DNA of 64,000 nt from Eledone cirrhosa (taxonomy: Eukaryota). The notes under the pieces were generated by a model. That model was not told where the DNA came from. It worked only from the letters and a program-made list of their open reading frames with translations, and made no database searches. Below are positions 56,501-64,000 of the stretch, in pieces. How positions within the stretch are numbered: the first letter of the stretch is position 1; each line of letters opens with the position of its first letter. The stretch lies in NCBI GenBank assembly GCA_964016885.1, contig OZ024740.1, forward strand, positions 67,766,001 to 67,830,000, given 5' to 3'. The position numbers and the translations under genes are program-made.

Positions 56501-57429
56501 TTCCGTTTTTCTTTTTCAATTTCTTCCTCCTCTTTCCCTCTTTAGTTCACTTTCTTCTCTGCCATTTTCGCCCAAAAAACGAAACAAAACAAAAAAATAA
56601 TGACACATAAATAAATCTAGAAAAAAAAATCATAATTGCCTCCCCTAGCTGCAAAGGTATTGTACACAAAGTGTATCTCATCTATATTTAGAAAACGCCC
56701 ACCAACGTCGGCCATCATTTATTAAGAGTTTTTGATTCTTTGAGTAGTTGTTTATTCTTCTATATCGTTAAGACATAAACATAAAAAAGTTTAAACCTTA
56801 TAAGACCTAACAACTACACATATCCACACATGCGCATGCAAGCACATATATACACTTATACATTCATTTACACACACCCAAACACACACACACATATGTA
56901 AACATATAGAATACAATACAAGTATATTCACGTTTATACAAGCGTATATACAGGTTCACCACATAAAACGCATGCACACACACATACGAGTAAACACATA
57001 CATATATAGGCGTCCAGACACAAAAACGTACGCCGATACACACAACCAGATACAAATGTCCACACATGCAAGCAACCGAGTTCGCATGCACAGACGTGCA
57101 AAGCCATACACCCACACAAATACTCATACCTACACATATATACATATACACAATGTAAACGTACACAGATAAATATGCACCCTTCTTCTTCTTTTCTTCT
57201 TTCTATCAGATATTTCACTGCGGCCATGTTTGGGCACCGCCAATGAAGGGATTTAATCTATCATTAAATATTCAGAACATTTATTTTCTTTATCCTGGTA
57301 CCTGTTTTATAAGTATTTTATTGTAGAACCGCTAAATTGCAGAACATAAACAAACAGTACATTTGAAGAAAACACACACACATGCGTGCGCTCTCATACA
57401 TACAAACGGGAGACACGTGTCAGCTACAG

Positions 57430-57630
57430 AAAACCTATTTAAGGCTCTTAACATCTCGGGCCAGGTATTATGTTCCCTAGCGGCTTTGCCATATTTGAAC
57501 GCTTTAATTGCTCCTGTGATCTGAGTCCCCGAGACTATATCTAGCCAGTAGCATCTAGCCTCCTCCTCTAGTTCCTGTTCCTTACATGTAAGGGTTGTGA
57601 TGATCCAGTTTCCAATTATCAAGATTGTTC
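57430..57630 (-). mobile_element. Internally deleted RTE-like LINE remnant
   Basis: IGNWIITTLTCKEQEL...YWLDIV (APE N-terminus) fused to ITGAIKAFKYGKAA...PEMLRAL (pre-RT segment). Confidence 0.55.
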
Positions 57631-57983
57631 CCTAACGACCCTACCTTGGTGTCTCTAAAAATCACACATAATACAATTACCAAATGCACTCTGAATGAAA
57701 CATACTCCATTCATAAGCTTTCAACCAATTATCATATGCTCATAATTTTAGGCTTACTATTTCGATCTAAGTTGAAATATATTCCAAGAGACCTCATTTT
57801 TGAATATAGAATAGTATGATTTAAGATTGATTTCTCTACTGTTTCTAGCATATTGGTCAATGATATTGATTAGGTAACCCCACAACCTTTAGACTAACGA
57901 TTCCCTCCTGAAATCTTTAATCACCCATCGACCACTGGAATCTTCTAATAAAATAATTTGATGAGCAGAATATAAAAGACTAA

Positions 57984-59789
57984 TCTATACTATAAAACTG
58001 ACGGCCGTATGTAGGTAACAAACTTTCCGCCAAGCGGTTGGAACAAACGGCACCAAATTTGCACCATAGATGTAACTTTTTCCAAATAAGAGGGAACTTT
58101 TGTCTACTGAATTTTGTTACAAGATTAAAGACATTATATAAATATTCACTTCTTTAAAATGTTCAAATGTCAACAGTTCCGGTTATACGACATTCCTAAC
58201 GTCTTCAAGAACCAACGTATCATCTTCCGGTTTTCTTTCTGTTGCAACGTTTACGAAATATTTACATTTGCGTTCAGAGATTGATTTGTTTAGTTTCAGA
58301 AGATCCCGCTAAGGGTGAAAGCAGCGATTCCTTGCTTAAACTTTAATCTGTTATTTTAATATATATATATATATATAATGATATATTCGTGTACAGATAT
58401 TTTTGCATACACTAAAACAAAATATAAAGAAACGTATTTATTTTACGAAAGCACAGACAGCTTATCCTCATTGTTACTGCAGATATGCCACCCAAAAAGT
58501 CACAGTCTGGCCGCAAGGGCAGATTTTCCCGAAGAAAAAATGTTATAACAAACGTATTTATTTCACGAAAACATAGACGGCTTATTCTTATTGTTACTGC
58601 CGATATGCCACCCAAAATGTCCTAGCCTGGCCGCAAGATCAGATTTTCCAGAAGAAAAAATGTTACTAGAGCAACAGAGAGACTAAGCTTCGCGATTACC
58701 ATCAACAAAGCTCAGGGTCAAACCCTAAATGTGGCTGGCCTTCTACTGGGAAAACCATGGTCAATTGTATGTAGGATGCTCTAGGGTGAGCTCGCCAAAC
58801 ATCTCTTCATCTTTGCTCCCGAGAGACGAACAAAAAATAGTGCATACTCTCTGGTTCTAACAATGTAATTTATGTATTTTCTGTTACTTGGAATTTTCAT
58901 CATGGTTGTACAAATTATTGTAAAGTTTGTTTAAAAATGTGTTCTCTGTTCAACCTTTATTGTTGTAACTATCAATTTTCTTTAACGTACTGGCTTGGAA
59001 AAGAAACCTACAATGAAAGAACATCTTAAAGTTTACCCAAGCCAAATGTATTTATTAACATTTCTATCTGCATGTTCTTAGCAAGCTTACTGGCGTTTTA
59101 GTATGGTATGCAATTCTTATATTATGATTGATATGGTGCATATATCGCAGCTAATCATATTTTAAGCATTAGATAACGATTGCTCATGTATATTGTACGA
59201 CAGAATTAGCTGAAAAATAATTTGAATGAACAAATACAAGAGATATAAAAGAGAGATGTTTGTTGGTTGGTTCCTTCACATATCACACAAAAAAATCGAA
59301 GTGACAATCGGAAAGTATGTACAGGATTGGGATGAAAGTATATCCAGGAAAGTTTATTGATACTAATTTTATAACACCAAAGAAGAAGAAAGACATACCA
59401 CGTATACTAACCAACCTGACTGCTATTTATAGCAGGTTGGAATCAACCATTAGGGATTCTCTCTCGAGTTCGTTGTCAGTGATGATCGTGTTTCGCGGCC
59501 TATGTCTCCTATTCCAACGGTGGTTTACACACACAAACAAACACGCACGCGCACACACACGAACACACACGAACACTCACACAGGCACACACACACATAT
59601 ATATATACACACAGACACGAACACTCACACACGCACACATATATATATATACACAAACGCACACAAACATACACACACACAATACACACACACTGTAAAC
59701 AAGACAATGCATTCAATACAGACGTTTTCTCTTCTGCCGGTCTTCTCTTATCATTTGTTAACCCTGGCGAAGCTGGGTACCTCAGCTAG
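57984..59789 (+). mobile_element. Non-autonomous Helitron with both termini
   Basis: A|TCTATACTATAAAA start. Helicase tail RLSFAITINKAQGQTL...HGQLYVGCSRV (~58680-58795). 3' ACCCTGGCGAAGCTGGGT hairpin then CTAG|T. Confidence 0.8.
58431..58666 (+). repeat. 120-bp tandem duplication inside the Helitron
   Basis: aacgtatttattt.acgaaa occurs at 58431 and 58551. Confidence 0.88.
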
Positions 59790-60020
59790 TTATATATAAA
59801 TCAGAAATATGTACAGACAAGTTTTATTTTATTGTATCATTCTATATATATCCATCTCTTTGACAAATGTCAGCTTTTGGTCCAAAGGCTCAATACTCTC
59901 CGTTGGTATTGCTATAGACACAGGATCGGGGATCCACAATGACCTATTTATTGATCTATGTTATAGAGGATCCCCTGTGTGTCCATATATTAACTGAAGA
60001 GATCAGTTATTTGATTATAT

Positions 60021-60163
60021 GCCTGCAATATGAAGACTATTAAATAGAACCTGGACAATCACACATCACTCTATTCTAAACATTTTCATGTATTTTCATG
60101 ATGTTTAGAATAGAGTGATGTGTGATTGTCCAGTTTCTAGTTAATAGTCTTCATATTGCAGGC
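60021..60163. repeat. 63-bp inverted repeat with 17-nt spacer
   Basis: 60021-60083 pairs with 60101-60163, two mismatches. Confidence 0.9.
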
Positions 60164-61264
60164 CTAGACTAGGAATGACTAAGACAATATTTGATGACTA
60201 GCGACAATCTTGAAAAATTTCATATAGTAAAACAAGATTTTCATTTTAGTAGGTTATAACTAGTCGGATAGTATGTGAGCATGTGTAAAGTATGGTTTTG
60301 TGCGTTTCTATGTGGGTCTGTGTTTATTTTATGTGTGTGAATAGAGAATTAGAAGGAAGGAAAAGAGCAAAAGAGAGATGGGGTAGAAGAGAAAGAATGA
60401 AATACAAACACTCAGAAAGAAACAAGAAAGAAGCTACAAACAATGATAGATAGAAAAAGAAAGTTGGGTGGGGAAAGGCAAAAAGACAGAGAAGGTGAAA
60501 AGTGCTACCTTTGGGAATAATAATACATATGGTTGCAGTTACTGTTTCCAGAAAAAAAAAATGATGTAGACCTGTCAATGAATTTTGTTTAGTCTAGAAC
60601 AATTTGGTGAGCAAATGTATTATCTAGAGTATGACGATTCGCGCCAAATGTTTATAATGCTAGCAAAATTGACGACTGGGGCACTCAGAGAATACTTTAT
60701 AAATATTGAAAACAACAACTCTATACAACGTATATATCTAGAAATAATGTTAGCGGATTATAAATAAAAATGCCGAATGTTACTGAACACATGCCCAAAA
60801 TATGTACTGACATACACACTCTCTGATAGTTTCAACGGGAATGGTTGTTTGGGAAACATCGTGAGGAAAGACAGACCCTAGTACTTAGACGACACGGGGA
60901 CACAATTTTAATACCAAACCGCCTCTAATCGCTCATGTTATTTTGACACATCTGCTTGTTTTAAAGCGTTCAGATTTATTTATCTAAATTCGTTCCATAA
61001 TATTTTTATGTATGGTATAGATGTACGATATATTAGATACACTATACACTGATAGATCCAATATGGCCAACAAAAGATCTGTGTTGACATGACTTGATCT
61101 TCTTTGCCCACGGGTTTGCTCAATCACTGACTTCACAACAAGAATCGTGTATCATATCGATCTCTTTTACTATCATGGGACAAAAATAAAGCCGTCTGAA
61201 ACAAGCTAAAATACTGGGTTATATGATACTGAAACCTTGATGTTATGCTCCAAACATCAAATTA

Positions 61265-61453
61265 ATTGTTTCTACTTTTGGCACAAGGCCAGCAACTATC
61301 TCAGTACATTAGTGGTACTTTATTTTATCGACCCCCGTAAGGATGAAAGGCAAAGTTAACTTCGACGGTATTTGAACTCAGATCATAAAGGGCCATAACT
61401 CTATGCAAAGCATGGCGTCCGACTTTGTACCGATACTGCCTATCCACCACCCA
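61265..61453 (-). mobile_element. Dominant SINE family copy with probable TSD
   Basis: Consensus match. ccaaacatcaaattaat occurs on both sides (~61250 and ~61452). Confidence 0.87.
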
Positions 61454-64000
61454 AACATCAAATTAATAATGAGAAATTTAATTAAATTATTAAACCCCTT
61501 TAAATTCGTGACGATTTTCAAAATGATTTAGCAGTCATATGTGTTTTTCCTTTGAAATATGGTAACAAAATGGTTAAGCCCATGTGAATCGTCCACAGTA
61601 GGCTGCAGGGAGATCAAACGCCAGATTTGAAAATGTTTACTTTATTTGCGATTTAATGTTAGGATGTATAACATTGAAACACGAAGAAAGAAAACGTTCA
61701 ATATACCTAAGTAATACTTTTTAAAGAATGACACGTCGTGCTGAGAAATAGCTTTAAAGCACATCCTCTAGGTACCATTCGGCAAAAAGATATGCAATTT
61801 CTTGTTTATATAAATATATATACGCTCGGGGCCCAAATAATATGGAGGGGCGGTACAAGCGGCGGGAAGGGGGGATAGTAATTCTTCTATGTTAAAAAAA
61901 AATTTCAGAATTAGTCGTCTAGCTTACATATGGAGGTCCCAACACAGCTTATTTATGTTATGGGATTTCTTTTAATTTTTTTTTCTTTCACATGTACGTT
62001 TTTTAATGTCTAAAAGAATTAATTATCGCAGGAATGCTAAAACTTAAATTAAAATTTCGCCGGAGATAGATTAGCCAAATTTAATAAGCGGGGTGCGGTG
62101 GAATAAGAGTGGGTAGTTGCAGTAATTTGAGACCAATGTGTAGTAATATTGAAATTTTTAGAGTGCAGTGTAAATTTATTTATGAAATAAATATGGAATT
62201 TTCGCTCTAGATCTAAAGTGGAGAAAATTTTAGATTAACTATAGTCTTACCTTTTGAAATTCTCATGTCTAGGATGATTTCAGGAATTTAATGTAGATTT
62301 AACATAAATATTTTTTATCTAAATAATTACTTCTCCCAATGTATGTAACTGATGCAAATTTTACTGGGAATTAGCTAATATTCTACATATTACTGCACAA
62401 CATATCAATGAAAGAGTAGCATTCATTTCTAGACAAAATAATACATCTGCGTATTACAAAAAAATAATACATCTGCGTATTACAAAAAAATAATATATGT
62501 TCACGTATAGAGGAAAAAATGTAAGTTTTACTTTTATTCTTTCTATAAAAGGCCCTAAATTAAAAAAAATAATGTAAATGTATTGGTTTTAAATTACCTT
62601 AAAACATTTAATAACCAGGCAATACGACGGCTGCACTCAGGGGATATCCAATGAAACCTTGCCAGTAATTAGAGTACGTTATATACTTTTCTTAATTTAT
62701 TAAACTGCACATTTATAGAAATCACGCAATAGCACGGCTACAGCATGACGGCGCCCGTCACCTCCGTACCAGAAAGTGGTATAGGTATGTTTATTGTTAT
62801 TCATGAGAGTGTGTTTCGGGGTAGATTTCAGAATGACGTGATTCATTATTTTTTGCAATGTATTCTTTTTATTATTTATATATGATTATTCATTTTTTAT
62901 GCATCTTTTTAAGAGAAGAAATTGGGCGTGATGGCAGTGTGGTAGTTTTATTTTTTTTTTATTTTTCTGGCGCTTACTTTTTCGAAAAGAAAAACTTATG
63001 TTGTACTGGAGATGTTTTTACTAAAAAAAAATATATATTGGGATAATTAACACTTTTGGCTGACTAATATTTACAGAATGTATAAAAAATAAAAATTGCC
63101 TTCAAGAGACTATTTAAAATTCTGTCGTAAATATTTATTTATTTTTATTTAAATTCTATTATATATATATTTATTTATTTTTATTTAAATTCTATTATAT
63201 ATATTTATTTTTTAGTTTTCCATTGAGTAAAAATCTGTCTCGAATTAATTGAGAATATTTATTATAATTCTCTGTTGATGCTGTTTATTTATTTATTTAT
63301 TTATTTATAATGTTTACGCTATTTTGCTAAAGTGTTTGTCTACGGTGCTGGGAGGAGAAAAAACACACACTAAAACGACGCTTAACGAATAGCCATTATA
63401 AATAAAATATGTATTATGTATGTATGTATGCATGTATGTATGCATGTATGGATGAATGGATGTACGCATGTATGCATATATATAGTTGTTTATGTGTGTG
63501 TGTGTCTGTGTATATATATATAATATATGTATATATATGCTATACATACATATATTATTGGGGTTTCGTATATCACTTATAAAATTTATGGATTTAGTTT
63601 ATGATTACCCTAAGGCCGTGGAAATACATATACAATCATAATTTCCTATACCTACTTGCTAATTAAAGTGAAAGAGAGAAGGGAGGGAGAGATAGAAAGA
63701 GAGAGGGGGAGATAGAGAGAAGGGAGGGGATTGTAAGAGAGCAAGTGAGAAGCGAACAGTTGTAGACAGAGAAAGGGTGTTTAATGCAGTTTTTAAAAAG
63801 TGTATAGGGATATAGAAAACACAGCTTTATGAATGTTAAAATGCCCTTGATTATTGGAAGGTCGAGATAACATTTTATTCGGATAACTGACCGTTCTCCT
63901 AAATGCTCTAATCCTAAAATAAGACAAATCATACTGCACTTACAGGGAAACACATTTAGGAAGATTTGTAGTGTTAGACTGTCAATAGTATTCACATTCT

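Noticed and set aside
60585-60767. 60-aa ORF or possible exon (LEYDDSRQMFIMLAK...)
   Set aside because: Plausible acceptor but weak donor and no recognisable homology.
62434-63210. Short tandem duplications (~27 bp at 62434-62495, ~37 bp at 63130-63210)
   Set aside because: Ordinary slippage duplications in AT-rich DNA.

Overview
AT-rich eukaryotic intergenic or intronic DNA made almost entirely of transposable elements and microsatellites. The dominant SINE family, recalled from memory, suggests an octopod cephalopod (inference). No intact host gene is recognisable. Contents: four minus-strand L1/Tx1-like LINEs (two near full-length but degenerate, two 5'-only), three R4/Dong-type RLE LINE fragments, a CR1-like LINE, two Penelope-like (PLE) RT/GIY-YIG remnants, three Helitron remnants, a Tc1/mariner fragment, RTE remnants and about 12 copies or fragments of one SINE. 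The main signal the ORF track does not show is catalytic RNA. By eye I found 12 loci (16 copies) of type-I hammerhead ribozyme motifs with minimal, mostly palindromic stem III, in PLE-like tandem or inverted repeats beside (TA)n. Two unrelated families carry a compensatory U3-A8 core. There is also one degenerate HDV-like fold. Separately, Tx1-like LINEs, R4/Dong LINEs and the SINE all cluster at (AAT)n tracts, and the SINE shares its 3' tail with the Tx1-like LINE. All folds and alignments were done by eye, so element boundaries are approximate.
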